DNA of 64,000 nt from Eledone cirrhosa. Lineage: Eukaryota. The stretch lies in contig OZ024743.1 in assembly GCA_964016885.1 (NCBI GenBank), forward strand, positions 263,128,001-263,192,000, written 5' to 3'. This document shows, in pieces, positions 1 to 12,265 of this stretch (positions are counted from its first letter, which is position 1; every line of letters starts with the position of its first letter). Position numbers and translations under genes: made by a program. The notes beneath the pieces were generated by a model that saw nothing but the letters and a program-made list of their open reading frames with translations, made no database searches and was not told where the DNA came from.

Positions 1-983
1 ATGGAAGTCCTTTTTGCCATTGAGGTTATGGTGTGTGTGGGGGGGGGGGGTCTACCTCTTATGGGTCTACAGGGGCAGAAACGGCTAAGGTCACGGCTGT
101 CTAGGTACTCGGTGTCATAGGTAAGTCTAAGTAGGAGGCCCAGTTCATCTGTGTCGACGTCGCAGAACTCCACCTTACTCTCACTGATCATCTCCACTCA
201 TTTTCCCACAGCAAAATCAATGTTAATGGATGTGTGTAGTGATACCACGTCCATACTGCCTATTATGCAGTTAGATAGGTTTTTGTTTTTGTTGCACTCA
301 TTGATTCTGCTGAGGAGGTCCTCTGTACTGTCACATACATCTGGGGACATCTTGATTATGGAGCGTATAATCATTGAGAGGAAGTAGGAGATCCTGTAGT
401 TGCTAGCGATATTGGCTCCGCATACAGGTCTTGTTGGTGGTCCTGTTGTCGGGTCGTCGACTGTCTTATTTTCTTTGCGGAGCCCATACAAGGGTGGTAT
501 GTCATTGTTAGACGCCTAGAAGTTGTTGGCAGTGCGTCTGCTTGGCTTTAGAATGTCGGTCCACATCATCATATGAGCGTTGAGGATCTTCTCTCTCCCC
601 TCATGTGTTAGTTTTGTAATTTCGCTCGTGTTGGTGATGTGGGGTTGCATAGCCTTGATGTAGTTTGGCATGCTGTCTATCGACATCCTACCAGACTTAT
701 CTGTGGGTAGACACACTACCACACCATCCCTTGTGCGCTGATTGAGGCTAACTAAGCCTTCTACAGGTTTCCTTCCAAGTTCTTGGACCTCTGGTCTGCT
801 TTGCCTCTTAGTATATTGGTCTGCTATTTGTCTAATCTTATTTCTAGCTATGGTGAACTGTGCCTCTGTCCCGTCATCTATTTGTTGTGGTATACAAAAC
901 CTTTTATTAAAGGGTAACCTCGTAGGATAAATTTTACTCATCTTATATGTTTTGTCAGCTGGGTTGAAGAATAGTTTCTCTAA

Positions 984-1175
984 GGGGTTGTCATTTTTGG
1001 CAGTATCGGTAGAGCGTCAGACACCATGTTTTGCAGCATAGTTATGGCCCTTTGCGTTCTGAGTTCAAATCCGCCGAGGTTAACTTTGCCTTTCATTCTT
1101 GCAGGGTCGATAAAATAAAGTACCAGTAATACACTGGGTAATTGCTGGCCTTGTGCCAAAAGTAGAAACAATTAT
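984..1175 (+). mobile_element. tRNA-derived SINE, main family
   Basis: A-box TGGCAGTATCGG, B-box GAGTTCAAATCC, core gcctttcat..gggtcgataaaataaagtaccagt, tail ggccttgtgccaaaagtagaaacaattat. Confidence 0.9.
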
Positions 1176-1554
1176 GTCTATCGTCATAGTTGTGTGTGTT
1201 GCTATTATTGTTATTATAGTTGTTGTTGTTCCTACCATTAACATTATTATTATATTGTTATGATTGTTAGATGTATTGTTGTTGTTTTCTCTATTGCTAT
1301 TGTTGTTGTTACTGTTATTTCTACCATTGTGGTTGTTACTTTTATTATTATGTTTCTTGTTTTTGTTGTTGTTGTGTTTGTTTTTGTGTCTATCATTAAT
1401 GTTGCTACACGTATAATTTCCATTATTACTACTGTGGTTATTGTTGTTGTTACTCGTATTATTTCCATTATTACTACTGTGGTTGTTGTTGTTATGTCTA
1501 TCATTAATGTTGCTACTCGTATTATTTCCATTATTACCATTATTTCCATTATAA

Positions 1555-1744
1555 GGGCGGTGGATTGGCAGTATCGGTAGAGGGTCGGACGCCATGCTTT
1601 CCAGCATAGTTACGTCCCTTTACGATCTGAGTTCAAATCCCGCCGAGGTTGACTTTGCCTTTCATCCTTACGGGGTCGATAAAATAAAGTACCAGTAATG
1701 CACTGAATAATTGCTGGCCTTGTGCCTAAAGTAGAAACAATTAT
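1555..1744 (+). mobile_element. tRNA-derived SINE, main family, full length
   Basis: Same consensus; flanked by TSD-like attatttccattat. Confidence 0.92.
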
Positions 1745-1803
1745 TTCCATTATTACCACTGTGGTTGTTGTTGTGTCTGTCGTTAATGTTTCCATTATTA
1801 TTA

Positions 1804-2692
1804 CTAGCTGACGTACCCAGCTTCGCTCGGGTAAACAGATGATAAGAGAAGACAGGTAAAAGAGAAAATGACTGTATTGGATGTTTGTCTGGTTACAGTA
1901 TGAGGCGAGTCCGTGGAGTCCGTGTGATACAAAAAACAGTAAAAAAATCTTCCAGATATACCAGATTCTTCGTTGTACCGTTTGTGCATAGTATATGAAC
2001 AATTCTAGGTGCTCCCACCTAGAATAGTGACCTCTAGGAGATGGTTCATCTTCTGCCTGACTGTAAAACAACGTGTATCATTGCATAGACGTGGTTGTTC
2101 CACGTTTCTCAAAAGGATGATGGAAGTTCCAATCTTTTATATTATATGTAGATATAGATATAGATAATAAATATAAAAGATGTCCGTCAATGTAACAAAA
2201 GGTCCCTATTTACTCCCTTCACAACTCTGTGTATGTTAGACTGACAGACAAACACACAGGCTGATAAACTGCGTGGCGATTGTAGGATGCCGCACGTATA
2301 CACACATACACGCATGGAAACGCGCACACGCACGCAAACTTACACACGCACCCGTGCACTTACACACACGCACACATTTTGAAAGTTTTCACAAAAACAT
2401 ACGCGCACGTACATACACACGCACACATGTTAATAGTTATTGCTTTCCTTCCCCTCTTATTTCCACACACATCACACACACACATGTCTCTACATTGCCA
2501 CATATACATAGTGTATCCAAACACAGCGTTCACTTTGCCTCTCTCTCCCCTCTCACTCCCTCATTGGCATTATGCATATTAATTTAAGTTTGGCGTCGTT
2601 GAGGTGGGCGGAGTCGTTTGAAACCTATGAACCAATGATACTCGAGAATTATGACACACGGAATACTGACATTGTTGAAATTAATATATAGA
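1804..2692 (-). mobile_element. Non-autonomous Helitron-like element
   Basis: On the minus strand it starts TC (2692-2691) and ends with hairpin ACCCGAGC-GAA-GCTGGGT followed by CTAG (1807-1804). Inserted between A and T, no TSD. Confidence 0.65.
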
Positions 2693-2763
2693 TTGTGGTT
2701 ATTGTTGTTCTGTTTATCGTTAATATTACTACCATTATTTTTATTACTATTTATTACTATATA

Positions 2764-2953
2764 GGATGGTGGATTGACAGTATCGGTAGAGAGTCGGACG
2801 CCATGCTTTCCAGCATAGTTACGTCCCTTTACGATCTGAGTTCAAATCCCACCGAGGTTGACTTTGCCTTTCATCCTTACGGGGTCGATAAAATAAAGTA
2901 CCAGTAATGCACTGGTTAATTGCTGGCCTTGTGCCTAAAGTAGAAACAATTAT
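2764..2953 (+). mobile_element. tRNA-derived SINE, main family
   Basis: Near-identical to 1555-1744. Confidence 0.92.
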
Positions 2954-3399
2954 TTTTATTACTATTTCTCAGTTCCTGCTATTGTTATGTCTATTACTAT
3001 TATAGCTGTTATTTCTATACTCACAGTTATTGTTTATATTACTATTATCGTTATTATTATTGTTGTTGTCCGTATAGTTGTTGTTTATTTTCGCATTCCA
3101 AGGTATTTTTGTGAAACACTTTTCTAGCTCCGTTTTACACTCGATAGGATTAAGCTTTTTGTAGATAGTATATTTCGATGAGAGCTGTAGAGACTGTTGT
3201 TCTTGTTCATTGATTAAAGTGTTCCCATGAATATTTATTGTATGGTCTTTTGTAAATTCTGTCGGTAATGCTACGTCTATCATACGGATATTATTTAAAG
3301 TGGTAGAAAAGCCAGGAACTACCATAAAATCGCTGATTAGCAAAACCCTTTTAAGAAAACCCACTGTACTAAGAGGAAATGTGTTATATGTAAAGTAAA

Positions 3400-4310
3400 C
3401 CCTCAGATAAACTGTAAAACTAGAAACGTAGTCTATAGCATACGATGTACAGAGGGTACTTGCAGAAACATGACAACAACATACATAGGCGAGACAGCTC
3501 GAAGCATATGAGAAGGGATAGACCAACACTGGGGGGAATTAAAAGGACGAAAAAACGGTTCAGTACTATACGAACACACCAGACAACAATATGACGGTAA
3601 CAGAAGACAACATAGAAATTAAAATATCTAAACATAGAAATGACCCAGCAGATAGGCAAATCAGAGAGGCATGCGAAATAGAGCTTAGAAGGCCAAATCT
3701 AATCAGAAAAAAATAAATGGAATAACAACAACACCCAAACAAACAATACTAACTTAAGAGAAATATAAATAAATAAATAAATATATACACAAGCACAATA
3801 ACAACAAACACATATAAACACACACTAGTAAACTAAGATAGAATACAATAACCGAAACACAGTCACCCAAACGCGAACACACACCAAACACTATACACAC
3901 ACGCAAACGCATGCGCAGAGAAGAAGACAAAAATAAATAAATAAATAAACAGATAAAAAACAAAAATGGCGTAGACATACAATACAACAGGAGGGACATA
4001 ATAGTACCACTTGTGATGTTGCAGATGTGCAATGAAAGAACTTTGTTAGACTATATATATCATTATATCTGAATACATTATATCTGTATACATTATATCT
4101 GTATTTTTGACTGTTGGTCAGTCAATGATAAACATTGAGGACCAAATAAATTAACTGTGGAGATATAAAAGATACAGAAGCGAAAACGAACCAAACAGTG
4201 AGTGTGTTCTGTTATTTCTGGCAATATTATTACAACAATATAACCCTCCCCAAGTATAACAATATTTGTTTCGACACACGATTTCATATCAAAAACCTCG
4301 CAAAACAAAT
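3400..4310 (+). mobile_element. Neptune-like PLE 3' part (GIY-YIG endonuclease plus pLTR), inverted relative to the adjacent RT segment
   Basis: CKTRNVVYSIRC...TYIGETARS GIY-YIG motif at ~3410-3510. Downstream sequence is homologous to 52700-53200; terminus ccctccccaagtataacaat at ~4243-4263, then (TA)n. Confidence 0.75.
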
Positions 4311-4361
<51 letters not shown>

Positions 4362-4387
4362 CATATACTTTCTTTATGCATATTAAC

Positions 4388-4473
<86 letters not shown>

Positions 4474-4547
4474 AAATATGTATGTAAGTTAATATGCATA
4501 AGGAAAGTATATACTTTCAGACGTTCAACCATTTGACAGAAAGGTAT

Positions 4548-4590
4548 ACGATTCTGACGATAGCTAATAAGCTTGAAACTAGTACATCGT
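4548..4590 (+). ncRNA. Minimal type I hammerhead ribozyme motif
   Basis: ACGATT-CTGACGA-TAGCT aata AGCTT-GAAA-CTAG-TA-CATCGT; same family as 30226-30268. Confidence 0.7.
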
Positions 4591-4857
4591 TCCTGTATCA
4601 GTGTTGAACAAAAAGGTGACGATGGTTGCCTGAACACTGTACAGCGTAATTCGGGCTTTTTGTTGTTACAAACAAACCGAGCATTATAATAAATGTTCGG
4701 TAAACCCATACGTACATATATATATGTGTGCATGTTTGTATATATATACATACTACTGTACGTTTGAATACATATATGTATATACGTATACATACATACT
4801 TATATTGAAGTACCAGCCGTACTAAGAGTGAGAAATGAAATTTCGTTTCATTCTTTT

Positions 4858-4900
<43 letters not shown>

Positions 4901-4948
4901 TATAGATAGGTAAATATACACGGGTGTGTATGATTGTGTATAGAAGAT

Positions 4949-5339
4949 TATATTAATAAGAGGAATTCCAACTTTGTCTGATTTACTCGTTTTATTTACA
5001 ATCCTTTAAAATATATATAATATGGTATTATAATGAAATAGTATGATAGAATATTAAATTCTAAGTGTTAATTGAACAAGTACTTTCATGCTTTCGCAAT
5101 CTTCAGGTTCATGATATGTGATGACAGTCGAGTTTGCAATTTTCAACTGTTGAAAATTGCAAACTCGACTGTCATCACATATCATGAACCTGAAGATTGC
5201 GAAAGCATGAAAGTACTTGTTCAATTAACACTTAGAATTTAATATTCTATCATACTATTTCATTATAATACCATATTATATATATTTTAAAGGATTGTAA
5301 ATAAAACGAGTAAATCAGACAAAGTTGGAATTCCTCTTA

Positions 5340-5347
<8 letters not shown>
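4949..5347. repeat. Perfect palindrome, 199-bp arms with a 1-nt loop at 5148; PLE pLTR fold-back
   Basis: Arms read as exact reverse complements around ttcaac-T-gttgaa; right arm runs into (TA)n. Confidence 0.95.
5185..5223 (+). ncRNA. Minimal type I hammerhead ribozyme motif (mirror copy on minus strand at 5073-5111)
   Basis: TGAAC-CTGAAGA-TTGC gaaa GCAT-GAAA-GTAC-TT-GTTCA. Confidence 0.75.
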
Positions 5348-5411
<64 letters not shown>

Positions 5412-5758
5412 CATGCATATGTATATGCATATGTATATACATGTGTTTTTATATTTGTATATACGTCAATGTTGTTTTTTGAATTCCAATGTTGTTTTTT
5501 GAATTCCATTCCATGGTTAGTCAATCTAGCTTATATCTCCACAAAATAGATTTTGGCTTAAGTTTTAATATACTTTATTACTTCTCTGAGTAGATAATTT
5601 TTAATATAGCTTGTCCTTTCATTGAGATGTCTAACTATTAGAAACAATTAACATTATGAATACATCGGGGTCCTGAATTTTTTCAGATGTATTTTAATCA
5701 ATTCATAATGTTAATTGTTTCTAATAGTTAGACATCTCAATGAAAGGACAAGCTATAT

Positions 5759-5799
<41 letters not shown>

Positions 5800-6819
5800 C
5801 GGGGCCCCAGCATGTCCGCAGTCTGTCGGCTGGAACACTTAATAGAGTAATAGGGAATATATTGTAGCAACATTTTCTCCATCCCCTAAATCTACAATTA
5901 CTGCTAAGGATGGAATTAATATTTCAATAACTCTAAATCTTCTTTGTGGCAGAAAAACAAGGTCAATGTTGATGATTTCGTCTAAGAAAAAATACCAAGA
6001 TAGATATTTTTAGAAGCACCCCCCACCACGGTCAACTCTAAGGTCACCCAGCCTTTCACACCAATCCCAGCCAAACCTTGTATCCACTATTCAAAGGGTC
6101 CTACATAGAAGTCTGCAGCCAAAACAACCTTCCCCTACCCCCCTTCATCATTCTTCTCCTCTCCCCTTCTGCTTCTACCCTCTTCAGTCACAACAAAGCC
6201 ATTAGCAGAGAAGGATGGACTGACAAAATGACTTTCTTCTTTGAAGGACCACGTATGTGAAAATTAACTTTTCTTCCCCTCTTTATATCTTATTTTTTGT
6301 TATTATCATTATTTTCACTATTTGTACAAATAATGCAGCTTAACAATATTCTGAATATCCGCAATTGACAATGCATTTAATGCTGAAACCGGTATTGTAA
6401 ATAAATTAATGCTTTCGAATTTCACTAAAAATATCTCTTCTACATTTTCTACAGATAAAATCTTTTTCCTTTCTACTATTTGTTTTTATATATATCAACT
6501 CGTGTGTTACCTTTCTACATTCGATATATATATATATATATATATATAATATCTTTATTATATATAGAAATGACTACATGTTATATATATATCTGTAAAT
6601 ATACACTACAGAGGTAACTGTGACTGCGTAAATTATATATATATTTATATATATATAGATACTTGGGGAGCGTCATATTGTTTTGATAATATTGCCAGAA
6701 ATAATAACAGAACACACTCACTATTTGGTTGGTTTTCGCTTCTGTATCTTTTATATCTCCATAGTTAATTCATTTGGTCCTCAATGTTTATCATTGACTG
6801 GTCAGTCAATGATAAACAT

Positions 6820-9800
6820 TTTAAAAGCCCACCTCACAAACTTTATTAAACCCTTTCGAAAATGATTTAATAAAACTAGTTAAGAACATAAGGTACAGAA
6901 AACATCCTAATAGAAACAACACCTTCTTAAACAACCTTAACTCCACCATTAACAGATTTAATAAAAATAAGAAAATTCTAGTACATGCTGGTAAAACTAA
7001 TAATATATATAGCCTATATTACGATACATATAGAAAATGTATATATAAAGAACTGTATAGGAGCTATAAGAAAACCACTATTAAAAACCTAGAAGATATA
7101 AATATAGAAGGCCATAATATAGTATGTAAATTAGAACTTCAGAGAGATATATACAGCCATAGACCCCCCCCCAAGATTCTCTCTGAAAGACCACAAGGAA
7201 GACTTTAATAGTAACCCATCTATAAGACTAAATTGCCCTTCCAAATCTGACATTGAAATTATCAGCAAAACGATATTAGACAGAATCATCCCCCAATTTA
7301 AGCATAAAATATATCTTAACCTGTGGGGAAATACTGGTGAAGTTATTGAATGGTTCAATGATACTAATGAGAATAAAAAAAGAAATTATACAATTTGATA
7401 TCAATTCATACTACACCTCTATTTCTCCTATCCTATTAAACAAGGCATTAATTATGGCTATGAACAATAGTGACCTTAATAGATCCCAAATTGATGTCAT
7501 CCTTGCGGCCCGTAAAACCATAATTGTATTTGAAGATCAATTATGGACCCGCAAGGATACACCTAACAACTTTGACATAACTATGAGATCTAGTGACTCG
7601 GCGCTGGTCACTGATTTGGGGGGTCTATATCTCTTAAATAAAATTCATAAGAATCTGCCCTACCTCAATGGTGGTTTATACCGCGATGATGCACTACTAC
7701 TCATTGACTATAAAAAAATTAATATAGAAAGAACTAGGAAACAATTATATAAAATTAAAAAAAATTCAACTTAAGTATTACCTTAGATAAAAACACTAAA
7801 AACGTTAACTTCCTTGATGCTACCCTTTGCCTGGACTCCAAAATATATACACCTTTTCATAAGCCAAACGAAAAACTACTTTATGTAGATACCAACTCTA
7901 ACCACCCTAAATCTATATTAAACAAAATTACTAAAGGAGTATCAAATAGAATTTCTACTCTATCATATAATGAAACTATATTTAACAGTAATTCCAAATA
8001 CTATAATGAGGTCTTAGCTCGATCAGGCCAGAAAAACGAAATTAGATTTTTATCTATAAAATCACCGGGTTACAACATTATTTATCACAATATGGCCATG
8101 AATAAAAGTAATAAAAGTACGAGCCACTCTAACTCTAGTACGAAGGGTAGTAGCAAACTTAACTCGCACCAGAATAAACACTCCAATAATAATAATATAA
8201 ACAGAAATATAAACAATACCTCAAACATTACAAAAAACAAAAATAGAAGAACTAATACATTTTTCAATCCCCCTTTCAACCTAAACGTCTCTACCAACTT
8301 CCCAGTCGGCCACAAATACCATAATCTTATCTACCACACCTAACATCGCGTACCATATAGCTAGTAGTAATAAAAGGGAGATTAATAATTATTTCCAACT
8401 AATTTAATTTCAACAGGGGTGAACTTACATAACAACATAGTACCAGAGAATACTGGTAGCAATAATAGTAATAGCACTAATGAAATTAATAACAATGAGA
8501 ATGATAATCATCATTACCCTAATGCTATCCCTAACAACCATACATCTACACACCCTATTAACCAGCAAGTAAACAACCAGAATAACTGTAACTGTAGAAC
8601 AAATAGAACTTGCTCCTTAGGAAAAAATTGCTTAATCAAAGACATCATTTACTCATGCACAGTCAATACAAACAACCCTTCCAAAACATATATCGGTTCT
8701 ACTTCGAACTGCTTCAAGACGAGATATAACTCGCATCTCCACACTTTCAAAAATCGCAATCTAGCCAACTCCACTTCTTTATTTAACTACATACACTCTG
8801 AAATAAGAATAAACCATATACAGTTCAATGGGAAGTAATAGATGTGCCAACACTACCACCAATACACTTTCCACAACTTCAAACCTAGCTGCTAGTATAT
8901 AGCAATGTCAGATCTAGATTCCTCACCAACATTAACACTTTACCTCTAGGTTTTATAAGCATATAATTACCCCCACAGCATCACATTCTATGATCAGCTC
9001 ATTCCTCTACTTACCTCCTATTTATCTCAAATCTTACACTCTACAATAACTATTAGGAATAAACATAAAGTTACGACCATTTAATATAACTACTATAACT
9101 TACTAATAGTATATTCACTTAATTAGTATATGGGTAGGTAGTGATAAAATGAAACCTTTAAGGTATTATAGGAAAATAGATTGTATTTAAAATTAAATAT
9201 ATAAATTTAAAAATAAATAGCATTATATAAAAGGATTCACTTATAACATAATATATTGTATATTAACACATAGAATTTAACTAATTGGAATTGTAAACAA
9301 CTATACATTTTTTCTCTTATATACAAATTAATCGCCAATTACCTCCCCTTTCACATTAGCTCCCCTTAATATAGATCTCTAATTCACTTCCTGAAATTAA
9401 ACCGTTAGCCAGATCACTCTAGAACAACTCGAACCCTGGATAAGATTGTAATAGGACCAATATACAATCCATAGTTGTAACTACTGATAAACATTTACTA
9501 AAATATAACCAATGTAATGGAAAGAGAAACCTTAATATTAATACTCACAACACATGCACATTTGAACATTACCAGAACAATTATCACATTACATCCACCA
9601 TAAACTTCATAGAAACTGCTTTTCATAACAAGCATCTCTGTCTGCTTAATATGCTTTTATGCCTGTATCGTATTATGTGATACCTTTGTCATACTGTGAT
9701 ATATATGCTTAGTACCATTGCTTGTTTATTACCTGGTTATTCTGTACATACCTAACACATCTGCACTCCTTCTATACGCTTGCATATGTACTGCTAATGT

Positions 9801-10088
9801 TGTCGTTTTGCGAGTAACTTGCTTCTTTAATTCCTCTATAATTTTTGTATTATTCTTTTATAATCTTTGTCGCATCCACTGATACTGACCACATCATCTT
9901 CACTCTTTAAATATGACACTGTTAATGACAACAATAACATCTATGTATCTTTACGATTGTTATGTGGAATAGGGGCTTAATTATATGTCTAAACTTTGCT
10001 AGTGCTCCGATGATCCCAAACGAAAGTTTGGAAAAAACGATTGTCAGCAATACAATAAAATGCTTTGAACATAGTTTTGATTATTCTG

Positions 10089-10090
<2 letters not shown>
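6820..10090 (+). mobile_element. Decayed Naiad-like Penelope element (RT, CCCC motif, GIY-YIG, 3' pLTR)
   Basis: FDINSYYTSIS, FDITMRSSDSA (cf. FDVTMGSYDGA), GLYRDD, FFNPPF, CNCRTNRTCSLGKNC, IIYSC...TYIGST...FKTRYNSH. Many frameshifts. Degenerate hammerhead at 10003-10049, then AATAAA and (TA)n. Confidence 0.85.
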
Positions 10091-10155
<65 letters not shown>

Positions 10156-11040
10156 AAGAGTAAACCAATCTTAAATAGAGAGATGGTGATAGGAGAGGTG
10201 AGATTGGTGAAGGTATTAGAAGTCAAAATAATTTACACATTAAGTATATAGACATAAATCCATGTTCAATGTTTCACATTTCCCGGTAAATTGAAGAAAT
10301 TATATATCTTTTTGTATACTTTGGCACAACTTAATACATATCAAAATGAACTTACAACACGAGCGCTAATACTATGCAGATTTGTACGTCCATATCAGGA
10401 TAATACTGTGGTAACTCTATCTTAATAATGGTACCTTGACTGAAATAATCTTTTTAAAAATATCTAGCAAGCATTCAATTTATAGTCTAATATTACGTAG
10501 AAGTGAATTGTTGGTAGAGTTGTTAGGACGTTGGATCTAATACTTTGCAGTTTTTGTTCCAGCATTGCTGTGTTAGTTCAAATCCCACCAATGTCAACTT
10601 TACCATTTTGAGGCCGATGAACTTGGATCGATTTTTCCTCTGAATCTTCTCTCTTCCTCTCTATCGCGCACTCTCTCTCTCTATCCTTCTATAGAAGAAA
10701 TCGGCTGTGTTCAGCCCTGGAGAGATGGGCTCCTTTTCGTTGAAAAAATGCAGAGAAACGCCATATGTCACTAAAGTGCCCCTACAACTCCATCAGGTGT
10801 TATGGGTACATATATCATTGCAGGAATTTTACATCACGTTTGTATATAACCCAACCTGACTATATCTGAGTGTGTTGTTTGATCACTATTTTCTAATTCA
10901 TTTTTTGTTTTCAAACTTATTTTATTTTTTAAATCTATTTATAAGTATTCTTGTGTTTTCCTAACCTTGACTGTCCCTTAAGCTTTTTTCCGTGGAGAAG
11001 GTTTAAAAGATTCCACCAAACTAGATCACCCACCTCAGCT

Positions 11041-11263
11041 TTAATAATAATTTCTACTATAGGAACAAGGCCAGTAATTTTGGGAGAGACGAAAGTCGAT
11101 TAAATCGACTCCAGTACATTGCTGGTGCTTTGTTTTATCGACTTTGTAAGGATGAAAGGCAAAGTTAACCTCGGTGGGATTTGAACTCAGAACGCAAAGG
11201 GCCATAATTCTATGCTGCAAAGCATGGTGTCTCCCCTCAATCGATACTGCCAATCTATCGCCC
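11041..11263 (-). mobile_element. tRNA-derived SINE, longer subfamily, with TSD
   Basis: Reverse complement of the consensus with an extra gtcgattaaatcgac segment; TSD ctcagctttaataat on both sides. Confidence 0.85.
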
Positions 11264-11299
11264 TCATCTCATCTCAGCTTTAATAATGCCCGGTGTTCC

Positions 11300-12031
11300 A
11301 TCACACTCCTCTACTTCTCAGTCCTTCGCATAGCAAGGTGTTGATCAATGCTACTCGTCTACCACAAGAATAGGCAGAAGAAAAGAAAGAGGTTTTCCAA
11401 CTGTGACATTTTTTCCGCGTCGGAATCCCTGAATCGGTGTTACTGCCATCGCTGTTTACTCCTTCGACGCCACAGTGGCTCAACACAACACCGAGTTTGC
11501 CCCATTGACCCCTGTGAGGTTTTGAAAACAGTCTTCTGCCTTCTACAGTCGTGAAGTGTCACCATCAGGATTTCGAAAGCAGCTGAAACACTAGCGTTAA
11601 CCATCGACCAGTAACTTAACACCAGCAGTCCCCGAGATTGGAATCGCCTATTCTGTTTTACAACTTTCACGCTCAGGAATCCCGGTTGTTATTTATTTTT
11701 GAGGTCTTGATCTCCTCTCTTACATCGAGGCTCAGAATTAATACCTTTTCCTTCAGCTACCTCTCTTCATCAAGTGTATTTCTACTCTTTGGTTGCCCAC
11801 CTGTATCGGCACCCGTCAGCCAGTAAGAAGTGAACGACACGAAACGTTTCTGTAAACGAAACAATTACGAATTTATTGAGGGTGACGTTTCTACCATGGT
11901 GCGTGTGCTGGCTTCGATAAACACGGTCCTCAGGTACACACCCGCTGGTTGTTGAGTTAGGACTCTCCGGCTAGTTTTACCAATACAAGTCCCAGTTATT
12001 CCATTTCATTTTGATACTAAAATCAGTTAAC
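11300..12031 (-). mobile_element. Possible LTR-retrotransposon 5' fragment
   Basis: Minus strand begins TGTTAAC at 12031, has AATAAA (~11875), then a TGG-starting PBS-like stretch at ~11822 and a GC-richer internal region. No protein motif recognised. Confidence 0.25.
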
Positions 12032-12074
12032 ATCAGAGAGAGGGGGGAGAGAAAGAGAAAGAGAGAGAAAAAGA

Positions 12075-12110
<36 letters not shown>

Positions 12111-12222
12111 AAGAGAAAGAGAGAGAGAAAGAGAGGGTGAGAGAGAGAGAGAGAGAGAGGGTGAGAGAGAGAGGGTGAGAGAGAGAGAGAGAGAGAGAGG
12201 GTGAGAGAGAGAGAGAGAGAGG

Positions 12223-12265
<43 letters not shown>

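Larger units (their letters stand above)
1..3400 (-). mobile_element. Decayed Penelope-like retroelement ORF (N-terminus, Asn-rich linker, RT), interrupted by SINEs and a Helitron-like element
   Basis: Minus-strand fragments LPTDKSGRM, PPLYGLRKENK...GPPTRPVCGA...IIGSMDVVSLH (PLE RT motifs) at 198-941. N-terminal-like LINEQEQQSLQLSSKY near 3100-3250. In-frame stops present. Confidence 0.75.

Noticed and set aside
1080-1607. 175-aa Asn-rich ORF
   Set aside because: Begins and ends in antisense SINEs; the middle is the AAT/AAC-rich PLE linker.
1555-1645. tRNA genes suggested by A/B boxes
   Set aside because: These are SINE heads with no cloverleaf, always followed by the SINE body and tail.
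8581-8635. Possible selenocysteine recoding, as reported for some Naiad PLEs
   Set aside because: All four Cys of the CCCC motif are TGT/TGC in both copies (also ~48960-49010); no in-frame TGA there.
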